The translations under genes and the position numbers were made by a program. This document shows positions 1-10,440 of a DNA stretch of 64,000 bases, in pieces (within the stretch, counting starts at the first letter, position 1; each line of letters begins with the position of its first letter). Under the pieces are notes generated by a model. That model did not search any database. It was not told where the DNA came from and saw only the letters and a list, made by a program, of their open reading frames with translations. The stretch comes from an uncultured Chloroflexia bacterium (GTDB lineage Bacteria; Chloroflexota; Dehalococcoidia; UBA2979). The stretch is from contig CAVSIV010000004.1 of the NCBI GenBank assembly GCA_963728205.1, forward strand, positions 160,001 through 224,000, given 5' to 3'.

Positions 1-111
1 GAGGTGCGCATTCGCGTCGACCTCGGCGTCGGCGGCGCGGCGACCGCGACCGCGTGGGGCTGCGACCTCACCGAGGAGTACGTGCGCATCAACGCGGACT
101 ACACGACGTGA
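1..111 (+). CDS. argJ: Ornithine acetyltransferase ArgJ, C-terminal end (5' truncated by window)
   Basis: Frame 1 reads ...[21 protein letters not shown], the typical ArgJ C-terminus; overlaps the argB start. Confidence 0.9.
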   Translation, partial: EVRIRVDLGVGGAATATAWGCDLTEEYVRINADYTT

Positions 112-899
112 GCGCGCAGGGCGCCGGCGCCGGCACGGTCGTGATCAAGATCGGCGGCTCCACGCTCGGCGCCGCCGACACGTCGCTGCAGGATCTCGTC
201 GCATACCACCGCGAGGGCGGCCGCCCGATCGTCGTCCACGGCGGCGGCGCGATGATCACCGACTGGCTCACCCGCATGGCAGTGGCCTCCGAGTTCGTGG
301 ACGGCCTGCGCTCGACGAGCGCCGAGGCGCTCGACGTCGTCGTCGGGGTGCTGCGGGGCGTCGTCAACGCGCGGCTGGTCGCCGAGATCGGCGCGCTGGG
401 CGGGCGCGCCGTCGGCGTGTGCGGCGTCGACGGCGGGGCGGTGCGCGCAGAACGCTACGACGCGCGGCTCGGCTTCGTCGGCCGCGTGACCGGTGTCGAC
501 GGCGCCTTCTTCACGGACCTGCTCGACGCCGGCGTGATCCCGGTGGTCGCGCCAATCGGCCTCGAGCCACCCGCGCAGCCGCTCAACATCAACGCCGACA
601 CGGTCGCCGGCGAGGTCGCGCGCGCGGTCGGCGCAGAGCGGCTGATCTTCCTCACGGACGTCGACGGGCTGCTCGACGGCGCGGGCGCGCTGGTGCCCGC
701 GCTCGACGCCGCGCGAGCGTCAGAATTGCGGGCCGAGGGCACGTTGAGCGGTGGTATGATTCCGAAACTCGACGCCTGCTTCCGAGCAGCGGAAGCGGGC
801 GCTATTTCTTATGTAGCGAATGGCACGCGCCCGGGAACCACGAGCCGCATCCTCGGGGGCGAGGCGCTCGGGACCCGGATCCAGGAACGCGACAGCTAA
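108..899 (+). CDS. argB: Acetylglutamate kinase
   Basis: [27 protein letters not shown] motifs; GTG start overlapping the argJ stop. Confidence 0.93.
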   Translation: MSAQGAGAGTVVIKIGGSTLGAADTSLQDLVAYHREGGRPIVVHGGGAMITDWLTRMAVASEFVDGLRSTSAEALDVVVGVLRGVVNARLVAEIGALGGRAVGVCGVDGGAVRAERYDARLGFVGRVTGVDGAFFTDLLDAGVIPVVAPIGLEPPAQPLNINADTVAGEVARAVGAERLIFLTDVDGLLDGAGALVPALDAARASELRAEGTLSGGMIPKLDACFRAAEAGAISYVANGTRPGTTSRILGGEALGTRIQERDS

Positions 900-907
900 G
901 GAGCCTC

Positions 908-3769
908 GTGGGGTTTTTTGACGACCGTGGCCGCGGCAACCTGGGCCCGCCGCCCGAGCCCTTCCGGGTAGCGGGGGGCGGCGAGGTCCGGCCGCCGCTC
1001 CCGCTGAAATGGCTGGGCATCGCCGCGGGGCTGCTCGTCGTCTTCATCGCCCTCAGCGTCGCGAAGTCGATCTACGTCGACGTCCTGTGGTTCCAATCGG
1101 TGAACTTCGCCGGCGTGTATCGCCGCGAGATCGTGGCGAAGATCGCGCTGTTCGTCGCCGGCTCCGCCATGGCCGCGATCGTGCTCGGGCTGAACATCTG
1201 GCTCGCGCGCCGCCTGGCACCGCGGGGCTACGAGGAGTCGTTCATCGAGGAGATCGACCCGGAGGGCATCCGGCGCATCGTCTCCGTGCTGCTGATCGCG
1301 GGGACGCTCTTCTTCGCGGTGATCTTCGGCTCGGTGCTGGGCGGCGCGTGGGACACGGCGCTCTCCTGGCTGAACGGCGTGCAGTTCGGCGTGGCCGATC
1401 CGCAGTTCCACCGCGACGCCGCCTTCTATCTGTTCGACCTGCCGGCGTACCAGTTCGCCGTGGGCTGGGTGCTCGCGCTCCTCGTCGTGTCGACGCTCGG
1501 CGCCGGCGCCGTCTACGCGCTGACGTTCTCCCTGCAGCGCTTCGAGCTCAACATCACCCGCGGCATGCGCGTGCACCTGTCGCTGCTGTTCGGGTTGATC
1601 TTCATCGTGATCGCCGTCAGCACGTGGCTCAGCATCTACAACCTCGTGGCGTCGGCCGGCGGCCTCGTCTACGGCGCGACGTATGCCGACATCCACGCGC
1701 GACTTCCCGTCCGCTACGTGCTCGTCGCGCTCGCGCTGTTCGCGGGCCTCGGCACGATCGTGAACGCCTTCCTCTCACGCGACTCGTATCGCATCCCGCT
1801 GTTCGCGCTCGGAATCTGGGCGTTCGTCGGCATCGTCGGCGGGCTGATGCTGCCGGCCGCCGTGCAGTCGGTGCAGGTGGCGCCGAACGAGCGGCAGAAG
1901 GAGCAGCCGTACATCGCGCGAAACATCAACGCGACCCGCTACGCATGGGGCCTCGACAAGATCGACGACACCCCGTACCCGGCGAACCCGCGCGTGACCG
2001 ACGCAGAGCTGGCGGCGAACCCACAGACCCTCGACAACGTGCGGCTGCTCGACCCGCGCCCACTGCTCGACACGTTCAATCAGATCCAGTCGATTCGCCC
2101 GTTCTACTCGTTCGTGGACGTCGACGTGGATCGCTACACCCTGCAAGGCAAGCTGACCGAGGTGATGATCTCGGGCCGCGAGCTCGACGCGAGCCGGGCG
2201 CAGTCGCCGAACTGGACACAGACGAGACTGCAGCTGACGCACGGCTTCGGCGCGGTGGTGTCGCCGGTGAGCAAGGTCGGCCAGGAGGGCCTCCCGGATC
2301 TGATGACGTCGGACATCCCGCCGAGGAGCGACCTGCTGCCGATCTCCCTCGACGGCTCGCGGATCTACTACGGCGAGCTCACGAACAACTACGTGATCGT
2401 CCACTCCGACGAGCCCGAGTTCGACTACCCGAGCGGCGAGGGCAATGCCTCCACGACGTACCAACCGGATCGCGGCATCCGGCTCTCATCGCCGCTGCAG
2501 CGCTTCGCGCTCGCCTGGCAGCTCGGGGACCCGAACATCCTGATCTCCAGCCGCCTCACGTCCGACTCGCGGCTCCTGATGCACCGGCGCGTCACCGACC
2601 GCATCGCGAAGGTCGCCCCGTTCCTGCAGCTCGATTCGAATCCGTACCTGATCATCGACGGTGGCCGGTTGAAGTGGATTGAGACCGCGTACACGACGGC
2701 CACGAACTTCCCGTATGCGCAGCCACTCGGCGGCATCAACTACATGCGCGACAGCGTGAAGGTCGTCGTTGACGCGATCACCGGCGACATGGACTTCTAC
2801 CTGATGGACGGGAACGACCCCGTGGCCGCGACCTGGTCGCGCATCTTCCCGGGGCTGTTCAAGCCCGAGTCGCAGATGCCGGAGTCGATCAAGGCGCACC
2901 TCGAGTACCCGCTCGACCTGTTCAATGCACAGGCGCAGCAGTACCTGCGGTATCACATCACCGATCCGAACGTGTTCTTCATCGGCGAGGACTTCTGGTC
3001 CGTCCCGCAGGAGCAGTTCGGTTCGCAGCAGCAGCCGGTGCAGCCGTACTACCAGATGATGCGTCTCCCGGGCGAGAACAAGACCGAGTTCGTGCTCGTC
3101 ATGCCGTTCACCCCGCGCAACAAGCAGAACACCGTCGCCTGGCTGGCCGCGCGTTCCGATGGCACCCAGTACGGGACGTTGAAGGCGTTCCGCTTCCCCA
3201 CCGGCGACCTCGTGTACGGGCCGGCGCAGATCGAGGCGCGCATCGACCAGAACCCCGGCATCTCGCAGCAGATGACGCTGTGGAACCAGTCGGGGTCGTC
3301 GGTGATCCGCGGCAACCTGCTGATGATCCCGATCGGCGGCTCGTTCATCTTCGTCGAGCCGATCTACCTGCAGGCGCAGAACTCGAAGCTGCCGGAACTG
3401 GCGCGCGTCGTGGTCGCCAACGGCAACGACATCGCGATGGAGCCGACGCTGCAGGCCGCGCTCGACGTGGTGGAGGGCAAGCGCACGTCGTCGCTGCCCG
3501 GCGCGACGCCGAGCAGCCAGGCGCCGTCCGGCGGATCGCCGGCCGCGACGCCGACGCCGACGCCGGCGACGAGCGCGACCGCCACGGCGACGGCGACCGC
3601 GATCCCGGGCGTGCCGGGGAGCCTGCAGGACTTGCTGAAGCAAGCGCAGGACGCGTACGACAGCACCCAGCGCGACCTCGAGCGTCTTCGGCAGCTGCTG
3701 AACCAGCTTCAGCAGCTGCAGGCACCGCCGTCGGCCACCGCGACGGCGACCGCGACGCCCAGCCAGTAA
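908..3769 (+). CDS. UPF0182 family membrane protein
   Basis: DVLWF, DPQFHRD, GATYADIHARLP, INYMRDSVK, RGNLLMIP motifs; AAGGAG RBS before GTG 908; Pro/Thr/Ala-rich tail. Confidence 0.9.
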   Translation: MGFFDDRGRGNLGPPPEPFRVAGGGEVRPPLPLKWLGIAAGLLVVFIALSVAKSIYVDVLWFQSVNFAGVYRREIVAKIALFVAGSAMAAIVLGLNIWLARRLAPRGYEESFIEEIDPEGIRRIVSVLLIAGTLFFAVIFGSVLGGAWDTALSWLNGVQFGVADPQFHRDAAFYLFDLPAYQFAVGWVLALLVVSTLGAGAVYALTFSLQRFELNITRGMRVHLSLLFGLIFIVIAVSTWLSIYNLVASAGGLVYGATYADIHARLPVRYVLVALALFAGLGTIVNAFLSRDSYRIPLFALGIWAFVGIVGGLMLPAAVQSVQVAPNERQKEQPYIARNINATRYAWGLDKIDDTPYPANPRVTDAELAANPQTLDNVRLLDPRPLLDTFNQIQSIRPFYSFVDVDVDRYTLQGKLTEVMISGRELDASRAQSPNWTQTRLQLTHGFGAVVSPVSKVGQEGLPDLMTSDIPPRSDLLPISLDGSRIYYGELTNNYVIVHSDEPEFDYPSGEGNASTTYQPDRGIRLSSPLQRFALAWQLGDPNILISSRLTSDSRLLMHRRVTDRIAKVAPFLQLDSNPYLIIDGGRLKWIETAYTTATNFPYAQPLGGINYMRDSVKVVVDAITGDMDFYLMDGNDPVAATWSRIFPGLFKPESQMPESIKAHLEYPLDLFNAQAQQYLRYHITDPNVFFIGEDFWSVPQEQFGSQQQPVQPYYQMMRLPGENKTEFVLVMPFTPRNKQNTVAWLAARSDGTQYGTLKAFRFPTGDLVYGPAQIEARIDQNPGISQQMTLWNQSGSSVIRGNLLMIPIGGSFIFVEPIYLQAQNSKLPELARVVVANGNDIAMEPTLQAALDVVEGKRTSSLPGATPSSQAPSGGSPAATPTPTPATSATATATATAIPGVPGSLQDLLKQAQDAYDSTQRDLERLRQLLNQLQQLQAPPSATATATATPSQ

Positions 3770-3813
3770 GCGCGACGCGTCCCCGACGCGCGCGAGTCCC
3801 GAGGAGCCCGTCC

Positions 3814-5043
3814 GTGACCGACGCCACCACCGACACCGCGAGCGCGCAGAGCCCGCGCGACATCCAGGCGCTCGAAGCCGGCCTCTACATGCAGACTGGC
3901 CGGCGCGTACCGCTGACGCTCGTGCGCGGCGAGGGCACGCGCGTCTTCGACGACCAGGGGCGCGCCTACCTCGACTTCGTCGCCGGCATCGCGACGAACT
4001 CGCTCGGCCACGCGCACCCCGGCCTCGCCGAGGTGATCGCGCGCCAGGCGCGCACGCTGATCCACGTCTCCAACATCTACTACAGCGAGCCGCAGATCGA
4101 GCTCGCCGAGTTGCTGATCGGGCACTCCGCGTTCGACCGCGTCTTCTTCTCGAACTCCGGCGCGGAGGCGAACGAGGCCGCGATCAAGATCGCGCGCAAG
4201 TGGGGCCGCATCCATCGCGACGGCGCCTTCGAGGTGATCGCGATGAACAACGGCTTCCACGGCCGCACCATGACGACGGTCTCCGCGACCGGCACCCCGC
4301 GCTACCGCGAGCCGTTCGCGCCGACGACGCCGGGCTTCGTGTTCGTCCCGTTCGATGACGTCCCCGCCGTGCGCGCCGCCACGACGGCGCGCACGGCGGC
4401 GGTGATGGTCGAACCGGTGCAGGGCGAGGGCGGCGTGAACGTCCCCTCGCCGGATTACCTGCGCGGCCTGCGCGCGTGGTGCGACGAGCAGGGGCTGCTC
4501 CTCATCTTCGACGAGATCCAGACCGGCTCCGGTCGCACCGGCTCGCTGTGGGCGTACGAGCAGGCGGGCGTGGAGCCCGACGTGATGACGCTCGCGAAGG
4601 GCATCGCCGGCGGCGTGCCGCTCGGCGCGACGCTGGCGAAGGAGCACGCCTCGGTCTTCGAGCCGGGCGACCACGGCTCAACGTTCGGCGGCAACCCGCT
4701 GGCGACCGCGGCCGGCGCGTACGTGATGCGGCAGCTCATCGAGGGCGACGTCCTGCCGAACGTGCGGGCGCGCGGCGAGCAGCTGGCGCGGCGGCTCGCG
4801 AGCCTCGAGGACCGCTCGCCGCTCGTTGCCGGTGAGCGCGGCGCGGGCCTGCTGCGCGCCCTCGAGCTGACGCAGGACCTCGCGGGCGAGGTCGTCGCGC
4901 GCTCGATGGCGCGCGGTCTGCTGCTCAACCCGGTGCGCCCCAACGTCGTGCGCTTCATGCCGCCGCTCACCGTGAGCGCCGCGGATGTCGACGACGCCGC
5001 CGACATCGTGGAGAGCGTGATCGACGAGCTCGGCGCGGGCTGA
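3814..5043 (+). CDS. argD: Acetylornithine aminotransferase (class III PLP)
   Basis: FSNSGAEANEAAIK, FHGRT, DEIQTG, TLAKGIAGG, HGSTFGGNP. Confidence 0.92.
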   Translation: MTDATTDTASAQSPRDIQALEAGLYMQTGRRVPLTLVRGEGTRVFDDQGRAYLDFVAGIATNSLGHAHPGLAEVIARQARTLIHVSNIYYSEPQIELAELLIGHSAFDRVFFSNSGAEANEAAIKIARKWGRIHRDGAFEVIAMNNGFHGRTMTTVSATGTPRYREPFAPTTPGFVFVPFDDVPAVRAATTARTAAVMVEPVQGEGGVNVPSPDYLRGLRAWCDEQGLLLIFDEIQTGSGRTGSLWAYEQAGVEPDVMTLAKGIAGGVPLGATLAKEHASVFEPGDHGSTFGGNPLATAAGAYVMRQLIEGDVLPNVRARGEQLARRLASLEDRSPLVAGERGAGLLRALELTQDLAGEVVARSMARGLLLNPVRPNVVRFMPPLTVSAADVDDAADIVESVIDELGAG

Positions 5044-5095
5044 GCGCCGGCGACCCGCCGCCCGGCGCGGCGCCGGGCGGCATGGCGGAGGTCGT

Positions 5096-7753
5096 GTGAG
5101 CCGACGGCTGTCGCTCCCGCTCGGCGCCCAGATCGCGGGTGCGATCCTGCTGACCCTGCTGGTCGCCGCCGTCGTGGTCGGCGTGCAGGTGCGAACGGTC
5201 GCGATGAGCAACACGCTCGCGACGTACGCCGGTCGCGTCCAGCGCGGCGCCATGCTCGTGCAGTTCCGCCTCGACTCGCTGCGCACGCTGTCGCAGTCCG
5301 GCGCGGTGGTGCTCGCGCAGGAGGATGCGTTTGCCGGCGCTTGGGCGTCGGGCAACGTGAAGGGCGCGCTCGCCGCCGCCGGCGCCGTGGGTGCGAGCGT
5401 CGCGTCGAGCCTGCAGGGGCAGGGCCAGACGGCGCTCGCGCTGTACGACCCCACGGGCGCGCTCGTGTACGACACCGCGCGCCCCGCGGGAGCCGCGGGC
5501 ACCGCGGGCGCCGCGGCGCCGGCCGAGGTCATCGCGGCGCTGCACGACAACGCCGCCTCCCCGGGCATGCGGATGGACCCGATCCTCGGCCTCTCGGCGT
5601 ACGGCGTGGCGATCGTGCGCTCCGGCAACCGCGTGATCGGCGCCGTCGAGCTCTCGAACGCCGTCGACGACGCATTCGCGGCCGACACGGCGCAGCTCAC
5701 CGGGACCCTCGTCGCGTTCTACGACGACGACCGCACGTTCGCGGTCAGCGCGGCCGGCATCGTTGTCGACGCCGCGGCCATCACCCCCGCGCGGGAAACG
5801 GCGCTGGAGGCGAAGCCGGACTACGTGCGGATCGGCAGCCAGGACTACCTGACGTCGCTGCTGCCCGTGCGCGGCCGCGACGGCCACGAGATCGCGTACG
5901 CCTACGTCGGCGTGCCGCGCAGCACCGTGGTCGGCGCGATCGCGGACACGCGCTCGCGAGTCATCGGGGGCGTCGCGATCGCGCTCGTGCTCGGGCTCGC
6001 CCTCGCCGCCGCCTCCACGGCGATCACGGTGCGGCCGCTGCGCCGCCTGGTGGAGGCGGCGGAGCAGATCCAGGCGAACGACCTCGAGACGCCGGTGGAG
6101 GCCAGCGGCCCGCGCGAGGCCCGGCTCCTCGCCGGGGCGCTCGAGTCGATGCGCCTGGCGATCCGCCAGAGCCGCGAGTCGCTGCTGATGACGAACCGTC
6201 GACTCGCCGAGCAGGTCGACGCGTCGACGGCCAACCTCACGGAGGTGACGCAGGAGCTCGCGGTGATGCACGCGGTGCTCGCGCAGCTCGGCGGCCACGC
6301 GTCCGGCGGGCTCGCGGCGGCGGCCGAGGAGCTCCTGCGCCTGCCGTGGGCCGACGGCGCGCTGATCGCGCTGGCGTCCAAGGAGGCCGAGCTCGTCTCG
6401 GCAGCCACCGCGGAGCTGGACCCGGCGACCGGCAACGACCTGCTCGCGATCATCCGCGCCGACCTGCCGCAGCAGCGCGCCGCCGAGGGGCTCGTCGTCC
6501 CCCGGACCGCCGAGATCTACCCCGCGCTGGCCGCGCGGGGCGTGGTCGGCTTCGCGGCGATGCCGATGCTCACGCCGGAGGGCATCGCCGGCGTGGTCGC
6601 GGTGACGTCGCGCCGCGAGCTCGCGCTGGACGCGCCACGGCGGCGACTGCTGGAGTCGATCACGCACGAGGTCGCGTCGGCGCTCGAGATCAGCGAGCTG
6701 GCGGACGAGGTCGAGGAGAACCGCCGCATCGCGGAGGCCGTGCTGCGCGAGATGTCGGACGGCGTCGTGCTGCTGGACTCGCGCGCCGTCTGTCGCGCGT
6801 GCAACCCGTCCGCGGCGCACCTGCTCGGGCGCCCCCGCGAGCAGATTGTGGGACGCGACGCCGCGGCGTTCCTCCCGCTCGGCCCGAACACGATCGCCGA
6901 CCTGCGCCGCCTCTCCGCCACGCAGTCCCGGTCGGCGCCGACGCTGGCCGAGCTCGACGGCCGACGCCTCGCAATCACGTTCGGCCCGTTCACCGACATC
7001 GACCCGGCGCGGTCCGGCACCATCGTGCTGCTGCGCGACCTCTCGGCCGAGGCGGAGGCGGAGCGCGTGAAACAGGACTTCGTCTCGATGGTGGGGCACG
7101 AGCTGCGCACGCCGCTCACGCTGATCCGCACGAGCGTCGACCTGCTGCGCGAGGAGGACGCGGGCGACCTGAACCCGACGCAGGAGCGCATCGTCGGCGT
7201 GCTGCAGGGCAACTCCGACCGGCTGATGTCGCTGATCAACGACCTGCTCGACATGTCGGCGCTCGACTCCGGGCGCATGCACATCGCGCCGGAGGCGGTC
7301 GACCTGCGCGGCGTCGTCGAAGAGTCGGTGGAGGACGTCCGCGCGACGGCGCAGGCGAAGCGCATCGCGCTCGAAGCAGACATCCCACCGGTCGCAGTGA
7401 CGGCGTGGGCGGACCGGTCGCGCGTCGGCCAGGTGCTATCGAACCTGCTCACGAACGCGGTGAAGTACACGCCGGACGGCGGCCGCGTCGCCGTGCGGCT
7501 GCGGGAGGAGCGCGACGCGGTGCGCGTGGAGGTGCGCGACTCCGGCATCGGCATCCCGCCGGAGGAGCAGCCGCAGCTCTTCGAGAAGTTCTTCCGCACG
7601 ACGGCGGGGCGGCGGACGACCGGCGGCACGGGTCTGGGGCTCGCGATCGCGCGGTCGATCGTGGAGCTGCACGGCGGCGAGATCCGGGTGGAGAGCGACG
7701 GCCGCACGGGGAGCACGTTCACGTTCACGCTGCCGCGGCGGGGCCCGGCGTGA
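5096..7753 (+). CDS. Membrane sensor histidine kinase (extracytoplasmic sensor, HAMP, GAF, PAS, HisKA, HATPase)
   Basis: Two TM helices; H-box GHELRTPLT; NLLTNAVKY; DSGIGI; GGTGLGLAI. Confidence 0.92.
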   Translation: MSRRLSLPLGAQIAGAILLTLLVAAVVVGVQVRTVAMSNTLATYAGRVQRGAMLVQFRLDSLRTLSQSGAVVLAQEDAFAGAWASGNVKGALAAAGAVGASVASSLQGQGQTALALYDPTGALVYDTARPAGAAGTAGAAAPAEVIAALHDNAASPGMRMDPILGLSAYGVAIVRSGNRVIGAVELSNAVDDAFAADTAQLTGTLVAFYDDDRTFAVSAAGIVVDAAAITPARETALEAKPDYVRIGSQDYLTSLLPVRGRDGHEIAYAYVGVPRSTVVGAIADTRSRVIGGVAIALVLGLALAAASTAITVRPLRRLVEAAEQIQANDLETPVEASGPREARLLAGALESMRLAIRQSRESLLMTNRRLAEQVDASTANLTEVTQELAVMHAVLAQLGGHASGGLAAAAEELLRLPWADGALIALASKEAELVSAATAELDPATGNDLLAIIRADLPQQRAAEGLVVPRTAEIYPALAARGVVGFAAMPMLTPEGIAGVVAVTSRRELALDAPRRRLLESITHEVASALEISELADEVEENRRIAEAVLREMSDGVVLLDSRAVCRACNPSAAHLLGRPREQIVGRDAAAFLPLGPNTIADLRRLSATQSRSAPTLAELDGRRLAITFGPFTDIDPARSGTIVLLRDLSAEAEAERVKQDFVSMVGHELRTPLTLIRTSVDLLREEDAGDLNPTQERIVGVLQGNSDRLMSLINDLLDMSALDSGRMHIAPEAVDLRGVVEESVEDVRATAQAKRIALEADIPPVAVTAWADRSRVGQVLSNLLTNAVKYTPDGGRVAVRLREERDAVRVEVRDSGIGIPPEEQPQLFEKFFRTTAGRRTTGGTGLGLAIARSIVELHGGEIRVESDGRTGSTFTFTLPRRGPA

Positions 7754-8199
7754 TGGTCGAGATCCGCGCGCTCGGGCCGGGTGACGACGCGGCGGTGGTC
7801 GCCGCGGCGAACGTGTTCGACGACGCACCGCTCCCCGACGCGACGGCCCGGTTCCTCTCGGAGCCGGGCCACCACCTGCTCGTGGCGTACGACGGCGGCG
7901 AGCCCGCCGGCTTCGTGAGCGGCGTCGAGCTCACGCACCCCGACAAGGGCACCGAGATGTTCCTCTACGAGCTGGGCGTCGACGAGCGCTTCCGCCGGCG
8001 CGGCATTGGGCGCGCGCTGGTGGCGGCGCTGCGCGACCTCGCGATCGCGCGCGGCTGCTACGGCATGTTCGTGCTGACCGACGAGGACAACGCGGCCGCG
8101 CGGGCCACGTACGGCGCCGCCGCCGCCGCGCGCCCCGAGCCGCAGTTGATGCTGAGCTGGGAGTTCCCCCTGCTCGCCGGTGACCGGGGCGCCCCATAA
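7753..8199 (+). CDS. GNAT family N-acetyltransferase
   Basis: LYELGVDERFRRRGIGRAL acetyl-CoA motif, N-x-x-A-x-x-x-Y; ATG overlaps the kinase TGA. Confidence 0.85.
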   Translation: MVEIRALGPGDDAAVVAAANVFDDAPLPDATARFLSEPGHHLLVAYDGGEPAGFVSGVELTHPDKGTEMFLYELGVDERFRRRGIGRALVAALRDLAIARGCYGMFVLTDEDNAAARATYGAAAAARPEPQLMLSWEFPLLAGDRGAP

Positions 8200-8237
8200 G
8201 ATCGCCGTTCACGCGTCCCTGGAATCGGAGTCTCTCC

Positions 8238-9473
8238 ATGGCCGACAAGATCGTGCTCGCCTACTCCGGCGGCCTCGACACCTCCGTCGCCTGCAAGTGG
8301 CTGCAGGAGGAGAAGGGCTACGAGGTCCACTGCCTGACGGTGGACCTCGGCAACCTGCCGGACGTCGACGGCGCGCGTCAACGCGGGCTCTCCGCGGGCG
8401 CGAAAGAGGTCGATGTCGTCGATGCGAAGGAAGACTTCCTTCGCTACTTCGTCTTCCCGGCACTCGGCGCGAACGTCGTCTACGAGGGGCGCTACCCGCT
8501 GGCGACCGCGCTCGGCCGGCCGCTGATCGCGAAGCTGCTCGTCGACAAGGCGCGCGCCGTCGGCGCGGTGGCCGTCGCGCACGGCTGCACCGGCAAGGGC
8601 AACGACCAGGTGCGGCTCGACGTCGGCGTCTCTACGCTCGCGCCCGACCTCACGATCGTGGGCACGCAGCGCGAGAACCAGATGTCGCGCGACGAGGCGC
8701 TGCGCTATGCGGCGAAGCACGACATCGCGGTGCGCCAGACGGCGGCGTCGCCCTACTCCACCGACGAGAACCTGTGGGGACGGTCGGTCGAGGCCGGCGT
8801 GCTCGAGGACCCGTGGAAGCAGCCGCCCGAGGACGTCTACGCCTGGACGCGGCCGCTCGACCAGACGCCGGCGCAGCCGGCCGTCGTCGAGATCCGCTTC
8901 GAGCAGGGCGTGCCGGTCGCGCTCGACGGCGAGCGGCTCGACCCGGTGGCGCTGGTCACGCGGCTGTCGACGCTCGGCGGCGAGCACGGGATCGGCCGCA
9001 TCGACATGGTCGAGAACCGCCTGGTCGGCATCAAGTCGCGCGAGATCTACGAGGCGCCCGCGGCCGTGATCCTGCTCGACGCGCACCGCGCGCTCGAGGA
9101 GCTGACGCTGTCGAAGCCGCAGATGCGCTGGAAGAGCCTGGTCGCGCAGGAGTACGCGGACCTCGTCTACAACGGGCTGTGGTTCACGTCGCATCACCGC
9201 GATCTGTCGGAGTACGTGGCGTCGACGCAGCGGCACGTGACGGGCGACGTGCGCGTGCGACTGTGGCACGGCACGGTGATGACGATGGGCCGGCGCGCGG
9301 AGCAGAGCCTCTACAGCGAGGAGCTCGCGACCTACAGCGACGCCGACCAGTTCGACCAGACGCACGCGCAGGGCTTCATCAAGCTGCACGGCCTGCAGGC
9401 GCAGGTGCAGGCGCACCGCCAGCTGCTGCAGGAGCACACGGACCTGATGCGGCTCGCATCTCCCGAGGAATAA
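8238..9473 (+). CDS. argG: Argininosuccinate synthase
   Basis: LAYSGGLDTS, HGCTGKGNDQVR, ENRLVGIKSREIYEAP. Confidence 0.97.
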   Translation: MADKIVLAYSGGLDTSVACKWLQEEKGYEVHCLTVDLGNLPDVDGARQRGLSAGAKEVDVVDAKEDFLRYFVFPALGANVVYEGRYPLATALGRPLIAKLLVDKARAVGAVAVAHGCTGKGNDQVRLDVGVSTLAPDLTIVGTQRENQMSRDEALRYAAKHDIAVRQTAASPYSTDENLWGRSVEAGVLEDPWKQPPEDVYAWTRPLDQTPAQPAVVEIRFEQGVPVALDGERLDPVALVTRLSTLGGEHGIGRIDMVENRLVGIKSREIYEAPAAVILLDAHRALEELTLSKPQMRWKSLVAQEYADLVYNGLWFTSHHRDLSEYVASTQRHVTGDVRVRLWHGTVMTMGRRAEQSLYSEELATYSDADQFDQTHAQGFIKLHGLQAQVQAHRQLLQEHTDLMRLASPEE

Positions 9474-9485
9474 CAGGGCAGTGTG

Positions 9486-9522
9486 GGCGACCAGTGTACA
9501 CGAATCGTGTACACTGGTCGCC
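9486..9522. promoter_or_regulatory. Perfect 18-bp inverted repeat (GGCGACCAGTGTACACGA-a-TCGTGTACACTGGTCGCC), likely TA autoregulatory operator
   Basis: Read directly; each arm contains the palindrome GTGTACAC; abuts the antitoxin ATG at 9523. Confidence 0.7.
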
Positions 9523-9948
9523 ATGAAGAACATCACGTTCAGCGCGGATGAGGACGTCATCGGAGCAGCACGCGCACGCGCGCAGGCGGCCGGGACCACC
9601 TTGAACGAAGCGTTCCGCCGCTGGCTGGGCGAGTACGCCGCCGCGCGAAAGACCGGAACCGGGACCCTTCCCGTGCACGAGTCCGGCGCAGCGTACGTAC
9701 CTGCTGCCGCCACCGGCCCCGCTGCAGCGGAGGATGGACTGCGAGCGGATCCCCGCCTGCTGCGGGCCGCGCGCGCGAAGGCCGCCGCGGAGGACAGCAC
9801 GCTCGATCGTCGCTTCGCCCAGTGGCTGGAGGAGTACACGGGCGAGCAAGACCCCGTGGAGGCGGCCATGCGGGCCGTGGACCGCATGCGGTCCTACGCC
9901 AGCACGGGCGGCCGGAAGTTCACGCGTGACGAGATGAATGAGCGCTGA
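9523..9948 (+). CDS. RHH-like antitoxin (VapB-type) with internally duplicated DNA-binding domain
   Basis: MKNITFSADEDVI..ARARA..GTTLNEAFRRWLGEY repeated as LRADPRLLRAARAKA..STLDRRFAQWLEEY; C-terminal RKFTRDEMNER; overlaps the PIN gene. Confidence 0.75.
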   Translation: MKNITFSADEDVIGAARARAQAAGTTLNEAFRRWLGEYAAARKTGTGTLPVHESGAAYVPAAATGPAAAEDGLRADPRLLRAARAKAAAEDSTLDRRFAQWLEEYTGEQDPVEAAMRAVDRMRSYASTGGRKFTRDEMNER

Positions 9949-10357
9949 CTTCCTCGACACAAACGTCTTCGTGTACCTGCTGGACACGGTCGACGAGCGG
10001 AAGCACCGGCGGGCGCGGGCGGCCGTGAGCGACGCGCTTCGGGGCGACGCGTGCATCAGTCACCAGGTCGTCCAGGAGACGCTCAACGTGATCACACGAA
10101 AGCTCACGCCCCCGGTGACGCCCCAGGACGCGCGGGACTTCTTCACCACGACGCTGGAGCCCCTGTGGACCGTCATGCCCTCGTCGGACCTGTACGCGCG
10201 CGCGCTCGACGTCAGCGGGCGCTACCGCTTCTCGTTCTACGACTCCCTGATCGTCGCGGCCGCGCTTGGAGCGGGTTGCACGCGCCTCCTCAGCGAGGAC
10301 CTGCAGCACGGACAGGTGATCGACGGCCTGCGCATCGAGAACCCGTTCGCCACCTAG
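9938..10357 (+). CDS. vapC: PIN-domain toxin (VapC family)
   Basis: FLDTNVFVY, QVVQE, FSFYDSLIVAAAL, LLSEDLQHG. Confidence 0.9.
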   Translation: MSADFLDTNVFVYLLDTVDERKHRRARAAVSDALRGDACISHQVVQETLNVITRKLTPPVTPQDARDFFTTTLEPLWTVMPSSDLYARALDVSGRYRFSFYDSLIVAAALGAGCTRLLSEDLQHGQVIDGLRIENPFAT

Positions 10358-10440
10358 CGATCGCCGGAGCGCGGACCGCTCGCCCGCGGGCGATGGCGGC
10401 CGTCCTCACCGCCGGGTAGCCTCGTGCGCGGGAGGCACGC

